Below, piece by piece: positions 48,074-58,320 of a stretch of 64,000 nucleotides of DNA. The stretch's first letter is position 1, and each line of letters starts with the position of its first letter. Origin of the DNA: Candidatus Dormiibacterota bacterium (lineage in GTDB: Bacteria; Chloroflexota; Dormibacteria; Aeolococcales; Aeolococcaceae); contig OY970355.1 in NCBI GenBank assembly GCA_963718525.1, positions 2,464,001 to 2,528,000 of the forward strand. Direction: 5' to 3'. Under the pieces are notes generated by a model. The model made no database searches. It had not been told where the DNA came from and saw only the letters and a program-made list of their open reading frames with translations. Position numbers and translations under genes: made by a program.

Positions 48074-48890
48074 ACACGGGGGCCTCCGCCCCGAACTCCT
48101 TGCGAAGGTGTTCGACGGCAGCGCGCTGCAAACGCGACACGTGCATTTGTGAAATGCCGAGCCGTTTTGCGACCTCCGTTTGCGGGAGCTGTTCGACGAA
48201 GCGCAACGCGAGGATCTTGCGTTCGCGCGGAGTCAGGTGCGCCATCACCTGCTCCAGGACATCCTGCATCTCGACGCGTTCGAGGTTGTCGTCGGCGAGC
48301 CCGAGACGATCGCCGAGCGTGAGCGGCTCGTCGCCGCCACCGACCGGGCCGTCGAGGGAGATCGTGTGCTGCGCCGGCGCCACCTCCATGGCGGCGAGCA
48401 CCTGGTCCGGCTCGAGCCCGACCCGCGCGCCGATCTCCGCGACCGAGGGCGACCTGCCCAGCTCGTTCTGGAGCTGCTGCGTGGCGGCGTTCACCTTGGT
48501 CAGGTTCTCCTGGAGCCGGCGAGGGACTCGCACCGCCCAGGAGCGGTCGCGGAAGTGACGCCGGATCTCCCCGGCGATCGTTGGCGTCGCGAACGTGCTG
48601 AACTCGTTCTCGAGCGACGGGTCGAAGCGTTCGATCGCCTGGATCAGGCCGAGGAATCCGACCTGTTCGATGTCTTCAAGCGGTTCACCTCGATTGGCAA
48701 ATCGGCGCGCGATGTAGTGGACCAGGTCGCTGTTCAGCTCGACGAGCCGTTCGCGGATGCGAGGATCGCGGCTCTTGCTGAACTCGCGCAGCAGCCGCCG
48801 CATCTCGGCGCGCTCAGCCGTCTCGGCAGGCTTGGCAATGGTTCGCTCGCGGGTCGCCACGCCGTCGCCGCGACCCGGCGAGGAGGTCAC
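48072..48890 (-). CDS. SigB/SigF-family sigma factor
   Basis: EDIEQVGFLGLIQAIERFDP, FATPTIAGEIRRHFRD, GISQMHVSRL. Confidence 0.95.
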   Translation of the reverse strand: MTSSPGRGDGVATRERTIAKPAETAERAEMRRLLREFSKSRDPRIRERLVELNSDLVHYIARRFANRGEPLEDIEQVGFLGLIQAIERFDPSLENEFSTFATPTIAGEIRRHFRDRSWAVRVPRRLQENLTKVNAATQQLQNELGRSPSVAEIGARVGLEPDQVLAAMEVAPAQHTISLDGPVGGGDEPLTLGDRLGLADDNLERVEMQDVLEQVMAHLTPRERKILALRFVEQLPQTEVAKRLGISQMHVSRLQRAAVEHLRKEFGAEAPV

Positions 48891-49321
48891 GACGCCTTGT
48901 ATTTGGTCAGCCGGACGCGCAGGCTCCCAGTTCGCTCGTCGACCCGATACGTGCTGTCGTCGACAAAGAGCCCCATCAGCCGGAGCGCCAGGTCGGTCGC
49001 GGCTACAAGCTCCTCTTCATGCCCGAGCCCGGCCTGCTCGGCGCGAGCTCTGAGCTCGGCCTCGCGGTTCACCGTGCTTCGGACGTTCACCTCGAGCCCG
49101 GTGTCACTCATCTTGAACACGATGCGAACCTGACCGGCGATCGACCCGGAGTGCTCGAGGCATCGGATGGCGTTCTCGCAGGCCTGCGCCACGGCGATGG
49201 TGAGGTCGTCGATGGCGTCCATGTCGAAGCCGGCAAGCGAACCGAACGCGCCGGCGGCGCGCTTGGCGACGAGGACGTGGGCGCGATCAGCCGGCAGCCG
49301 GATCTCGGAAACAGTTCCCAT
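48887..49321 (-). CDS. RsbW-like anti-sigma factor with degenerate ATP-binding boxes
   Basis: IDDLTIAVAQACENAI N-box. Coupled to the sigma gene. Confidence 0.8.
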   Translation of the reverse strand: MGTVSEIRLPADRAHVLVAKRAAGAFGSLAGFDMDAIDDLTIAVAQACENAIRCLEHSGSIAGQVRIVFKMSDTGLEVNVRSTVNREAELRARAEQAGLGHEEELVAATDLALRLMGLFVDDSTYRVDERTGSLRVRLTKYKAS

Positions 49322-49376
49322 CGCGGTGTTCACATACCCCACCGCTGGAGCACCCAAACCGCGATGGGCGCCAGGC

Positions 49377-49583
49377 TCAGACGCCGGATGGCTCGGATGA
49401 GGGCATCGACGGCGCGCCGGTGGTCGCCGCGCGACCCTCATCGACGGCTCCGGCGATCTCGGCCTCCCACTCCCGTGCCTCGGCCTCCTCCCGGCGGCGT
49501 GCACGCACGCGCCAGAAGAACACAGCACCGGTCACGGCCGCGCCTGCGGCCATCAGCCCTTTCTTACCGAACGGAACGCGCAT
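49377..49583 (-). CDS. Small membrane protein
   Basis: TM helix followed by a basic stretch. Confidence 0.5.
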   Translation of the reverse strand: MRVPFGKKGLMAAGAAVTGAVFFWRVRARRREEAEAREWEAEIAGAVDEGRAATTGAPSMPSSEPSGV

Positions 49584-49614
49584 ACAGGAGCCTCCCGAAT
49601 TGCCGACTCGGTGA

Positions 49615-49878
49615 TTATGGCCCTCGGCGCCGGGCCGGCGCGAGAACGGCGCCGGTCACCTCGAAGAGCACGACACCGATGGCGTCGGCAACCGGATGGA
49701 GCGCTCCCAGGGGCGGTCCGCCGATCCGCGTGGCGATGGCGACCAGCTCGCCCGCGACCACGCCGGCTGCGGCGAGGACCAGCGCGAGCAGCAGCGAGCC
49801 CCGGCGCGGCACCACCAGGGCCGACACGGTGGTACCGATGAGGACGAAGAGAATCGCGAGGCCGAGCCCCGGGCTCAC
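49615..49878 (-). CDS. Small membrane protein
   Basis: Three hydrophobic helices. GTGA-coupled to aspS. Confidence 0.55.
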   Translation of the reverse strand: MSPGLGLAILFVLIGTTVSALVVPRRGSLLLALVLAAAGVVAGELVAIATRIGGPPLGALHPVADAIGVVLFEVTGAVLAPARRRGP

Positions 49879-51659
49879 GGCGTCCGAGTGGCAGGGATGA
49901 TCGCGATCCCCAGTTCGCGAACCTGGGCGGGGTCGACGGGAGCGGGCGCGTCAGTCATCGGCTCCTGAGCCTGCTGGTTCTTGGGAAATGCGATCACGTC
50001 ACGGATGTTGTCGGTGCCGAGGCCTTCCATCACCATGCGATCGATGCCGCCCGCCCATCCGCCGTGCGGCGGCACACCGTATTCGAACGCCTCGAGCAGG
50101 AAACCGAACTTGCGCCTCGCCTCGTCGGCATCGATGCCCAGGGCGGCGAGAACGCGTTGCTGGATCGCAGGGTCGGTGATGCGGATGCTGCCGCTGCCGA
50201 TCTCACGCCCGTTGACGACCAGGTCGTACGCGCGAGAGCGCACCGCGAGCGGATCCGTCTCGAGCAGGTCGAGATCGTCCCTGTGGATCATCGTGAACGG
50301 GTGGTGCGCGGCAGTGATCTCGCCCGTCTCGTCGTTGCGTTCGAACATCGGAAACTCGGTCACCCAGAGCATGTCGACGCGAGCGTCGTCGTAGAGACCG
50401 CGTGTGCGGCCGAGATGGTTGCGCACAGCGCCGAGCGCGGCGTTGACCACGCCGGGGCGGTCGGCCACCATGAGCACGCAGTCGCCGGTCTCGGCGCCGG
50501 TAGCGGCCCCGATGGCATCGAGCTCCTCGGCGGTGAAGAACTTTGCGATTCCCCCCTGCCAGCCATCGGCTCGTTTCCAGAGATACGCCAGCCCGCGGCC
50601 TTTCGCCGCCCGCGCGACCTCGGTCAGCTGTCCTTCGATATCGCTGCGGCTCAGGTCCTCACCACCCTTGACGCAGATGCCCTTGACGATGCCCCCGGCG
50701 GCCACCGCCTCGGCGAACACGCGGAATCCCGATGTCCTCACGGAATCGGTGAGGTCGTGCAGGAGCAGCTCGAATCGCGTGTCGGGCTTGTCGACACCGT
50801 AGCTGTCCATCGCCCGCCGCCAGGTCATCCGCGGGAACGGCACGCCGAGCCGGCCCCCCCGGAAGTCGCACGCATGCCATGCGCTCGGAATCGCGTGCTC
50901 GAGCGCGGCATACACGTCGTCCTCGTCGGTGAACGACATCTCGATGTCGAGCTGGGTGAACTCCGGCTGGCGGTCGGCGCGCAGGTCCTCGTCGCGCATG
51001 CATCGCGCGAGCTGGAAGTACCTGTCGAACCCCGCCACCATGGAGAGCTGCTTGTAGAGCTGGGGTGACTGGGGCAGTGCGTAGAAGCTGCCGTGGTAGA
51101 GCCGGCTCGGCACGAGGTAATCGCGAGCCCCCTCCGGGGTCGCCCGGATCATCATCGGAGTCTCGATCTCCAGAAAGCCGATCTCCCCCATCGCGCGGCG
51201 CAGTTCTGCGCAGAACTTGGCGCGAGCGCGAAGGTTGCGTTGCAAGTGGGTGCGCCGAAGGTCGAGATAGCGATGGCGGAGCCGGAGCTGCTCCTCGACC
51301 TCGGTGTCCTCGTTGACGGGGAATGGCGGTGTCTTGGCGACCGCGAGGACTGTGCATGCCCTCGCTCGCAACTCGACCTCGCCGGTCTCGCGCTTGGGGT
51401 TGACGTTCTCCGGGGATCGCATCCTGATCTCGCCGTCGATGCGCAGCACCCATTCGAGCCGTGCCTCCCGAGCGGCCTGGTGTGCCTCGGGCGCTTCGTT
51501 CGGGTCGATGACCACCTGGAGGATGCCGGTGTGGTCGCGCAGGTCGATGAAGATGAGACCGCCATGGTCGCGCCGGCGGTCGACCCAGCCGAACGCAGTC
51601 GCAGCCTTCCCCGAGTCGGCGGCGCGCGGCGTGCCGCAATAGGTGCGGTCAGTGCTCAC
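49875..51659 (-). CDS. aspS: Aspartate--tRNA ligase (possibly non-discriminating)
   Basis: RRDHGGLIFIDLRD, TPEGARDY, LPQSPQ, RDEDLRADRQPEFTQ, PPHGG. The His in RDHGG is typical of ND-AspRS. Confidence 0.97.
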   Translation of the reverse strand: MSTDRTYCGTPRAADSGKAATAFGWVDRRRDHGGLIFIDLRDHTGILQVVIDPNEAPEAHQAAREARLEWVLRIDGEIRMRSPENVNPKRETGEVELRARACTVLAVAKTPPFPVNEDTEVEEQLRLRHRYLDLRRTHLQRNLRARAKFCAELRRAMGEIGFLEIETPMMIRATPEGARDYLVPSRLYHGSFYALPQSPQLYKQLSMVAGFDRYFQLARCMRDEDLRADRQPEFTQLDIEMSFTDEDDVYAALEHAIPSAWHACDFRGGRLGVPFPRMTWRRAMDSYGVDKPDTRFELLLHDLTDSVRTSGFRVFAEAVAAGGIVKGICVKGGEDLSRSDIEGQLTEVARAAKGRGLAYLWKRADGWQGGIAKFFTAEELDAIGAATGAETGDCVLMVADRPGVVNAALGAVRNHLGRTRGLYDDARVDMLWVTEFPMFERNDETGEITAAHHPFTMIHRDDLDLLETDPLAVRSRAYDLVVNGREIGSGSIRITDPAIQQRVLAALGIDADEARRKFGFLLEAFEYGVPPHGGWAGGIDRMVMEGLGTDNIRDVIAFPKNQQAQEPMTDAPAPVDPAQVRELGIAIIPATRTP

Positions 51660-52926
51660 GAGTTCCTCCGAGAATGCGTATGACGACGTCGGCAAGCTCG
51701 CTGACGGGCACCGTCTGCTGGCTGCGCGCGTCGAGGTCACGAACCACCGCGCTGTCCGTCGCCACCTCGTTCTCGCCAACGATGACGGCAACTCGGGCGC
51801 CGATGCGGCCGGCGGCACGCAGCTTGCGATCCAGCCGCCGCTCGGCAACGTCGAGGACCGTACGGGCACGCGCGTCGCGCAGCAGTCGTGCCATGGCCGC
51901 GGCAGCCTCCTCCTGACCTGGCTCGACCGAGCAGACGAGCACGTCCACGGCAGACGGCGGCGCCGGGACGGTGCCGAGGCTCCGGGCGACCATCAGGATC
52001 CGTTCCACCCCGAGCGCGTAGCCGGTGGCCGGGGTCGCCGGGAGGCCGAGCAACCCGGCCAGGCCGTCGTAGCGACCGCCTCCGCCGAGTGAGCTCTGTG
52101 CGCCCTGGAGCACGTCGTGCCAGAACTCGAAGACCGTGTGGCTGTAGTAGTCGAGCCCGCGCACCAACCGGTCGTTGCGGACCGCATCGATGCCGGCGGC
52201 CTCGAGATCGCGCTGCACCGCGGTGAGATGCTCGCGGCTCTCGGGACCGAGCACCTCCCAGAGAATCGGCGCCCCGGCGACCAGCCCGGCGTCGCGCTTG
52301 CAGTCGAGCAGCCGGAGTGGATTGGTGTGCAGGCGGCGGCGGCAGTCATCGCAGAGCGACGCCTCCAGCGGCGTGTAGTAGGCGACCAGTGCCTCCCGGT
52401 ATCGAGCGCGCTCCTCGGGGCTGCCCAGTGAGTTGACCTGGAGGTTGATGCCGGTGATGCCGAGCGCCCGGAAGAACCGCCACGCCACCTCGATGATCTC
52501 GGCGTCCAGCGCCGGCGTGCCTTCGCCGATGCACTCGATGCCGACCTGGGTGAACTGATGCTGACGGCCCGCCTGGGGGCGCTCGGCGCGAAAGAACGGG
52601 CCTGCGTACTGGACCCGCACGGGCCGGACCTCCTGGTCGAGGTGGGCGCTCAGCACGGCGCGGAGCGCTCCGGCGGTTCCCTCGGGCCGCAGTGTCAGCG
52701 ACCGTCCGCCTCGATCCTGGAACGTGAACATCTGCTTCTCGACGATGTCAGTCTCCTCGCCCACGCCGCGGCTGAACAACTCGGTCGCCTCGATGATGGG
52801 CGTCTCGATTGGACGGTAGCCAAAGGATTCAGCGACCGTCCGGTGCGTATCCAGGAGCCAATGTCGCGCCGCAAACTCATCCGGAAGGATGTCGCGGGTT
52901 CCTTTTGGTGCTGCGATCTCAGGCAT
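51649..52926 (-). CDS. hisS: Histidine--tRNA ligase
   Basis: PKGTRD, LRPEGTA, FRAERPQAGR, LVRGLDYY, GGGRYDGL. Confidence 0.98.
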   Translation of the reverse strand: MPEIAAPKGTRDILPDEFAARHWLLDTHRTVAESFGYRPIETPIIEATELFSRGVGEETDIVEKQMFTFQDRGGRSLTLRPEGTAGALRAVLSAHLDQEVRPVRVQYAGPFFRAERPQAGRQHQFTQVGIECIGEGTPALDAEIIEVAWRFFRALGITGINLQVNSLGSPEERARYREALVAYYTPLEASLCDDCRRRLHTNPLRLLDCKRDAGLVAGAPILWEVLGPESREHLTAVQRDLEAAGIDAVRNDRLVRGLDYYSHTVFEFWHDVLQGAQSSLGGGGRYDGLAGLLGLPATPATGYALGVERILMVARSLGTVPAPPSAVDVLVCSVEPGQEEAAAAMARLLRDARARTVLDVAERRLDRKLRAAGRIGARVAVIVGENEVATDSAVVRDLDARSQQTVPVSELADVVIRILGGTREH

Positions 52927-52976
52927 TGGCGTCCGAGTGTACGGGCTAGCGGCTGCAACGAAACCTCGTGCCCGGC

Positions 52977-53342
52977 TCAGCCGATGCGTTCACGAAATCG
53001 CGCGGCGTTGTGGGGATTGTCGAAGGCGACGGTCGGGACGAAGTCGTCCCCGAGGCCATGCAGCTGCCGAAGCGTCGCCTCGCAGCGCGCCGCCAGAACC
53101 CGCGGCCCGCAATCCTGGCAGCCGTCGAGCGAACGCGCGTTGACCAACACCTGGGGGCCGTGCTCCAGGCCGACCACGAGGGCGCAGCCCGCCGCGGTGA
53201 TCACGAGCGCATCACGCCGTCTCCCCGCCACGCCGATGCGAAGCGATGCGTTGGTTTCCGACTCGAGCAGCTCCGCCGTCGCCAGTTCGAGCATCCGGAT
53301 CCGGGCCGGCCTGTCCACAGGACAAGTGTTGCGAGCGCGCAC
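52977..53342 (-). CDS. Hypothetical protein
   Basis: Fills the relA-hisS gap on the coding strand. Start uncertain. Confidence 0.45.
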   Translation of the reverse strand: MRARNTCPVDRPARIRMLELATAELLESETNASLRIGVAGRRRDALVITAAGCALVVGLEHGPQVLVNARSLDGCQDCGPRVLAARCEATLRQLHGLGDDFVPTVAFDNPHNAARFRERIG

Positions 53343-53363
53343 GACACGTGGTTGTCGCGCCGT

Positions 53364-55496
53364 TCACACCGTGTCGCGCGCCACCGTGTGGACGTCGCGA
53401 ACCGACTCGAGTCGCTCGAGCAGTCGGCTCAACTGCGACAGGTTCTGGATCTCGACGATCGTGCTGATCACGGCGGTCTTGTCGTCGTAGACCTGCACAT
53501 CAGCACCGCTCAGGTTGATCTTCGATTCGGCGATCACGGCGGCGATGTCCCGGAGCAGCCCGGTGCGGTCCCACGCCTCGATCTTGATGCTGACCGGGTA
53601 CACCTGGCGAGCACCGGTCTCCCACTCGACGTCGACGATGCGCTCCACGTCGCCGGCGTTGCGCACGTTCACGCAGTCGGCGCGATGCACCGTGACGCCC
53701 TTGCCTCGCGTCACGTAGCCGCGAATCGCATCACCGGCGACCGGTTTGCAGCAGTGCGCGAGCGTGGTCAGCATGTCGACGTGTCCGTGCACGCGTACCG
53801 TGCCGGTGGGCGCCGGCGTGCTGGTGAGCGGAATGCCGAGGATCCGATCGTCGTCGGTCTGCTGCTCGTCTGCGCCGAACTTCAGCACCGCGCTCCGCGC
53901 GCTGATGTCGCCGTACCCGATCGCCGCGACGAAGTCGTCGACGGATGCCACCTTGAATTCCTGGGCAAGGTCGAGGAGCTGATCGTCCTTGACACCACTC
54001 AGGGACATCTGGCGGAGGCGCCGGAACTCCTTGTCCAGCATCTCCCGGCCCTTCTGAATGTTCTCGTCGCGGCGTTCGCGCTTGAACCATTGACGAATCT
54101 TCTCGCGCGCGCTCGACGTCTTGACGAAGTTCAGCCAGTCGCGCGACGGCCCGTGCGGTGCCTTGGTGGTGAGCACCTCCACGATCTCGCCGTTCTCGAG
54201 GCGGTGGTCGAGCGGCACCATCCGGCCGTTGACCTTTGCGCCGATGCAGCTGTGTCCGACATCGGTGTGGATGCGATATGCGAAGTCCACCGGCGTCGAC
54301 CCCTGCGGCAGCGAGCGCACGTCGCCGCGTGGCGTGAACACGAAGACCTCATCCTGGAAGATGTCGACCTTGACGGTGTTGACGAAGGCCTCGGCGTCGA
54401 GCACCTCCTTCTGCCAGTCCATCAACAGGCGCAGCCATGTGAAGCGCTCGTCGATGCGCGCGCCGTCCGGGCCGCCCTTGTAGCGCCAGTGCGCGGCGAC
54501 GCCGTACTCCGAGGTCTCGTGCATCTCCTGGGTGCGGATCTGCACTTCCATCGGCTCGCCGGTATGGGACAGCACCGTCGTGTGCAACGACTGATAGCCG
54601 TTGCCTTTGGGCATCGCGATGTAGTCCTTGAAACGGCCCGGCAGCGGCTTCCAGAGGGAATGCACGACACCGAGCGCGCCGTAGCAGTCCTTGATCGAGT
54701 CCACGAGCACGCGGATGGCGATGATGTCGTAGATCTCGCCGAATTCCTTCTGGCCGCGGATCATCTTCTCGTGGATGCTGTACGTGTGCTTGGTACGGCC
54801 TGCGATCTCCGCCTGCATGCCCAGCGGTGCGAACTCGCGGCCCAGGATCTCGGTGACGTCGCGCACGAACGCGTCCCGCTGCTCCCGGCTGCTGGCGAGC
54901 CGGCTTTCGATCAGGTGATAGTTGTCAGGGTCAAGCTGCACGAATGCGAGGTCTTCGAGTTCGCCCTTGATCTCCCAGATGCCGAGCCGATGCGCGAGTG
55001 GCGCGTAGATGTCCAGGGTCTCGCGGCTGATGCGGAGCCGGCGCTCGGCGGTGTGGCCGTTGATCGTGCGCATGTTGTGGAGTTGATCGCCGAGCTTGAT
55101 GAGCACGACGCGCACGTCCTCAGCCATCGCGACGAGCATCTTTCGGATGTTCTCGGCCTGGTGCTCCTCGGCACTGCGCACGTGGATCTTGCCGAGCTTG
55201 GTCACCCCGTCGACGAGCTTCGCAACCTGGTCGCCGAACAGGCTTCGCACCTCTTCGCGGGTGACCTCCGTGTCCTCGACGGTGTCGTGCAGCAGCGCGG
55301 CCATGAGCGTTTCCGGGTCGAGTCGCAGGTCGGCGAGGATGCCTGCCACCGCCAGGGGATGCTCGATGTACGCCTCGCCTGTCAGCCTCGCCTGGCCGGT
55401 GTGTGCGCGGTCAGCGACGTCGAAGGCGCGGCGGATGGCATGTTGATCCTCCGCCGGGAGGTAGTCGACGCGAGCCATGAGGTCGGTGAGGGGCAC
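53364..55496 (-). CDS. relA: Bifunctional (p)ppGpp synthetase/hydrolase
   Basis: LLHDTVED, APLAHRLG, RFKDYIA.PK.NGYQSLHT, TGS and ACT domains. Confidence 0.97.
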   Translation of the reverse strand: MPLTDLMARVDYLPAEDQHAIRRAFDVADRAHTGQARLTGEAYIEHPLAVAGILADLRLDPETLMAALLHDTVEDTEVTREEVRSLFGDQVAKLVDGVTKLGKIHVRSAEEHQAENIRKMLVAMAEDVRVVLIKLGDQLHNMRTINGHTAERRLRISRETLDIYAPLAHRLGIWEIKGELEDLAFVQLDPDNYHLIESRLASSREQRDAFVRDVTEILGREFAPLGMQAEIAGRTKHTYSIHEKMIRGQKEFGEIYDIIAIRVLVDSIKDCYGALGVVHSLWKPLPGRFKDYIAMPKGNGYQSLHTTVLSHTGEPMEVQIRTQEMHETSEYGVAAHWRYKGGPDGARIDERFTWLRLLMDWQKEVLDAEAFVNTVKVDIFQDEVFVFTPRGDVRSLPQGSTPVDFAYRIHTDVGHSCIGAKVNGRMVPLDHRLENGEIVEVLTTKAPHGPSRDWLNFVKTSSAREKIRQWFKRERRDENIQKGREMLDKEFRRLRQMSLSGVKDDQLLDLAQEFKVASVDDFVAAIGYGDISARSAVLKFGADEQQTDDDRILGIPLTSTPAPTGTVRVHGHVDMLTTLAHCCKPVAGDAIRGYVTRGKGVTVHRADCVNVRNAGDVERIVDVEWETGARQVYPVSIKIEAWDRTGLLRDIAAVIAESKINLSGADVQVYDDKTAVISTIVEIQNLSQLSRLLERLESVRDVHTVARDTV

Positions 55497-55640
55497 AGCC
55501 TTTATGAGTGTAGAGCCAGAGCGGTTCGATCAAACACGATGTAACGAGAGTATGTGCAACGAGTGAATTCAAGCGACCGATTGCTAGCGGCAATGGGACG
55601 CGAAGCTGTTTGGAGGGACTGACCCGGTAGACTGACCGCG

Positions 55641-56843
55641 ATGACCCTGGAATCAAGCGAGCCCCGAGTGGCAGAGAACGAGGCAGCCCTCGTCACGCCG
55701 CTCGGGGGGGCGCTTGTTGACCTGCTGATGACGCCAGACGAGCTTGCCGACCTCAGCGCGCGCGCCGAGGACCTCATCTCCCTGCGCGTTTCGGAGACGG
55801 CGTCGGCCGATCTCGCGTTGCTCGGCAGCGGCGCGTACTCGCCGCTCAGCGGCTTCCAGGGCAGCAGCGACTACGCGAGCGTCGTCGAGCATGCACAGCT
55901 GAGTGACGGAACGCCGTGGACGCTGCCGATCACGCTGCCCGCCGGTGATCAGGCGCGAACCCTGCAGGAAGGCGCGGTCGTCGCCCTGCGCGACGAGGAC
56001 GGTCGTCTCCTCGGCGCCCTCACCGTGACCGAGATCTTCGATCGCGACCTGGAGACGGAGGCGCGCGAGGTGTACCGGACCAACGATCAGGCGCATCCCG
56101 GTGTCGCCGCGCTGTTCGCACAGGGACCGACGGTGGTCGCCGGCCCGGTGCGGGTTGCGGCGCAGGCGCCGGGTGATGTTCCGTCGACGCCGGCGGAGAC
56201 GCGCGCTGCGCTCGCCGATCGGGGCTGGTCGACGGTCGTGGGATTCCAGACTCGCAACCCCGTGCATCGCGCTCACGAGTACCTCACCAAGGTCGCGCTC
56301 GAGCAGGTCGACGGGCTGCTGCTCCAGCCCCTCTCCGGTGTCACCAAGGGTGATGACGTGCCGTTCGACGTCCGCATGCAGTGCTACCAGGTGTTGCTCA
56401 ACGGGTATTACCCGCCGAATCGCGTGGTGCTGGGAGTCTTCCCCGGTGCGATGCGCTATGCCGGACCTCGAGAAGCCATCTACCACGGTCAGGTTCGCCG
56501 GAACTATGGATGCTCGCATTTCATCATCGGACGCGATGCGGCCGGCGTCGGCAACTACTACGGCACCTATGACGCCCAGACGCTCTACGACGAGCTCGGC
56601 GGCGCGGAGCGTCTCGGCTTCGCCGCCTACAAGTTCGAGCACTCCTTCTACTGCCGGGCGTGCGAGAGCATGGCGAGCACCAAGACCTGCCCTCACGGCG
56701 CGGACGACCGCGTGATCCTGAGCGGTACTCGAGTTCGCGAGATGCTCACGCGTGGTGATCCGATCCCTCACGAGTTCACCAGGCCCGAAGTCGCGGAGAT
56801 CCTCCGCGCCGCCTACGCTGTCGCGGCCGCGATCCCTGGATGA
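55641..56843 (+). CDS. sat: Sulfate adenylyltransferase
   Basis: [34 protein letters not shown]. Confidence 0.96.
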   Translation: MTLESSEPRVAENEAALVTPLGGALVDLLMTPDELADLSARAEDLISLRVSETASADLALLGSGAYSPLSGFQGSSDYASVVEHAQLSDGTPWTLPITLPAGDQARTLQEGAVVALRDEDGRLLGALTVTEIFDRDLETEAREVYRTNDQAHPGVAALFAQGPTVVAGPVRVAAQAPGDVPSTPAETRAALADRGWSTVVGFQTRNPVHRAHEYLTKVALEQVDGLLLQPLSGVTKGDDVPFDVRMQCYQVLLNGYYPPNRVVLGVFPGAMRYAGPREAIYHGQVRRNYGCSHFIIGRDAAGVGNYYGTYDAQTLYDELGGAERLGFAAYKFEHSFYCRACESMASTKTCPHGADDRVILSGTRVREMLTRGDPIPHEFTRPEVAEILRAAYAVAAAIPG

Positions 56844-57382
56844 GCGGGCTCACCATCTGGTTCACCGGTCTGTCCGGGGCCGGCAAATCCACGATCGGAC
56901 AGCGAGTTGCGACCGAGCTCCGCGATCGCGGTCTGCAAGTTGAGGTGCTCGACGGCGACGAAGTGCGTCAGACCCTCAGCGCGGGACTGGGATTCAGCAA
57001 AGAAGATCGCGACATCAACATCCGGCGCATTGGATTCGTCGCCGAGCTGCTCACTCGCAACGGGGTCGTCGCCATCACTGCCGCCATCTCACCGTACAAG
57101 GACACGCGTGCCGAGGTGCGCCGGCGCATCGGCCGGTTCGTCGAGGTCTACGTTCGCTGTTCCATCGACGTGCTCTCCGAGCGCGACATCAAGGGGCTGT
57201 ACAAGCGGGCGCTCGCGGGAGAGATCGAGCACTTCACCGGCGTCTCGGATCCATACGAGGCACCTGACGCACCGGATGTGATCGTTGACAGTGGCACCCA
57301 GACGGTTGACGAGTCGGTCGCTGCCGTGATCGCCGCCGTCGAAGCAAGCGGCCTCCTTCCAATCCCGGCGCCTCGCGGCTAA
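56840..57382 (+). CDS. cysC: Adenylyl-sulfate kinase
   Basis: [33 protein letters not shown]. Confidence 0.97.
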   Translation: MSGLTIWFTGLSGAGKSTIGQRVATELRDRGLQVEVLDGDEVRQTLSAGLGFSKEDRDINIRRIGFVAELLTRNGVVAITAAISPYKDTRAEVRRRIGRFVEVYVRCSIDVLSERDIKGLYKRALAGEIEHFTGVSDPYEAPDAPDVIVDSGTQTVDESVAAVIAAVEASGLLPIPAPRG

Positions 57383-57389
57383 CGCCGCG

Positions 57390-58310
57390 ATGCGTACGGC
57401 GCAGTCGCGTCCCCGGCATCCGCGGCCCCGGATCACGCTCGACCAGCTGCACACCTTTCTCGCTGTCGCTGAGCGCGAGCACGTCACCGCGGCAGCCGAA
57501 GCGCTCGGCCTTTCCCAGGGATCGGTCAGCGGCGTGGTGCGCCGTCTCGAAGCCACCCTCGGCCTTCCCCTGCTCCAGCGGGTCGGTCGGAATGTGCAGC
57601 TCACCGACGTCGGCCGCGCGCTGCGTCAGCTCGCCGTCCGCGTGCTCGAGGACGTCGGCCAGATCGAGGAGTTGCGTGCGGGCTATCTCGCCTTCGAGCG
57701 CGGTGAGCTCACCGTCGCCGCAGGACGCGTCATGGGCGCGCATCGACTGTCGGGCTGGCTCGCACCCTTTGTTGCCGAGCATCCGGAGATCAACGTACGG
57801 CTTGCGCTCGCGCCGATGCGCTCGCTGGTCACCATGCTCATCGAAGGCCGGGCCGACATCATTCTCGCCGGGGCATCAGTGCGCGAACCTGGCATCGAGA
57901 CGGTCGTGCTTGAACACACCGAGCTGGTCACCCTGGTCGCCGCCCATCATCCGCTGGCGTCGAGCCGGACCGCCGTTCGCGACCTGGTGACCCATCGTCA
58001 TCTTGCTCACGAGCGTGGCAGCGCCACGGAGGCACTTGCCGCCCACGCGCTCGGCACCCACGTCGACCCCGAGAACACGCTCGAGCTCGAGGAGGGTGCG
58101 CTCCATGCGGCGCTCCTCGCCGGGCTCGGGTTCGCCGCCATGCCACGCTCTGTTGTGGAGCAGGACATCGCGGAGGGCCGGCTCGTGGTCATCCCGCTCC
58201 CCGGGCGCACCGTCTCTCAGTCGTTTGCCGCCGCACGACGCCGCGACCTGCACACGCCGGCCGTCGAGGCGTTCTGGGCGCACCTCAAGCGGATCGCCGT
58301 CAAACCCTGA
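57390..58310 (+). CDS. LysR-family regulator
   Basis: N-terminal HTH (TLDQLHTF...LSQGSVS...LTDVG) plus substrate-binding domain. Confidence 0.93.
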   Translation: MRTAQSRPRHPRPRITLDQLHTFLAVAEREHVTAAAEALGLSQGSVSGVVRRLEATLGLPLLQRVGRNVQLTDVGRALRQLAVRVLEDVGQIEELRAGYLAFERGELTVAAGRVMGAHRLSGWLAPFVAEHPEINVRLALAPMRSLVTMLIEGRADIILAGASVREPGIETVVLEHTELVTLVAAHHPLASSRTAVRDLVTHRHLAHERGSATEALAAHALGTHVDPENTLELEEGALHAALLAGLGFAAMPRSVVEQDIAEGRLVVIPLPGRTVSQSFAAARRRDLHTPAVEAFWAHLKRIAVKP

Positions 58311-58320
58311 GCGGCCCGCC

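Noticed and set aside
55641-58310. sat-cysC-LysR inversion relative to neighbours as a mobile insertion
   Set aside because: No flanking repeats, recombinase or evident compositional shift.
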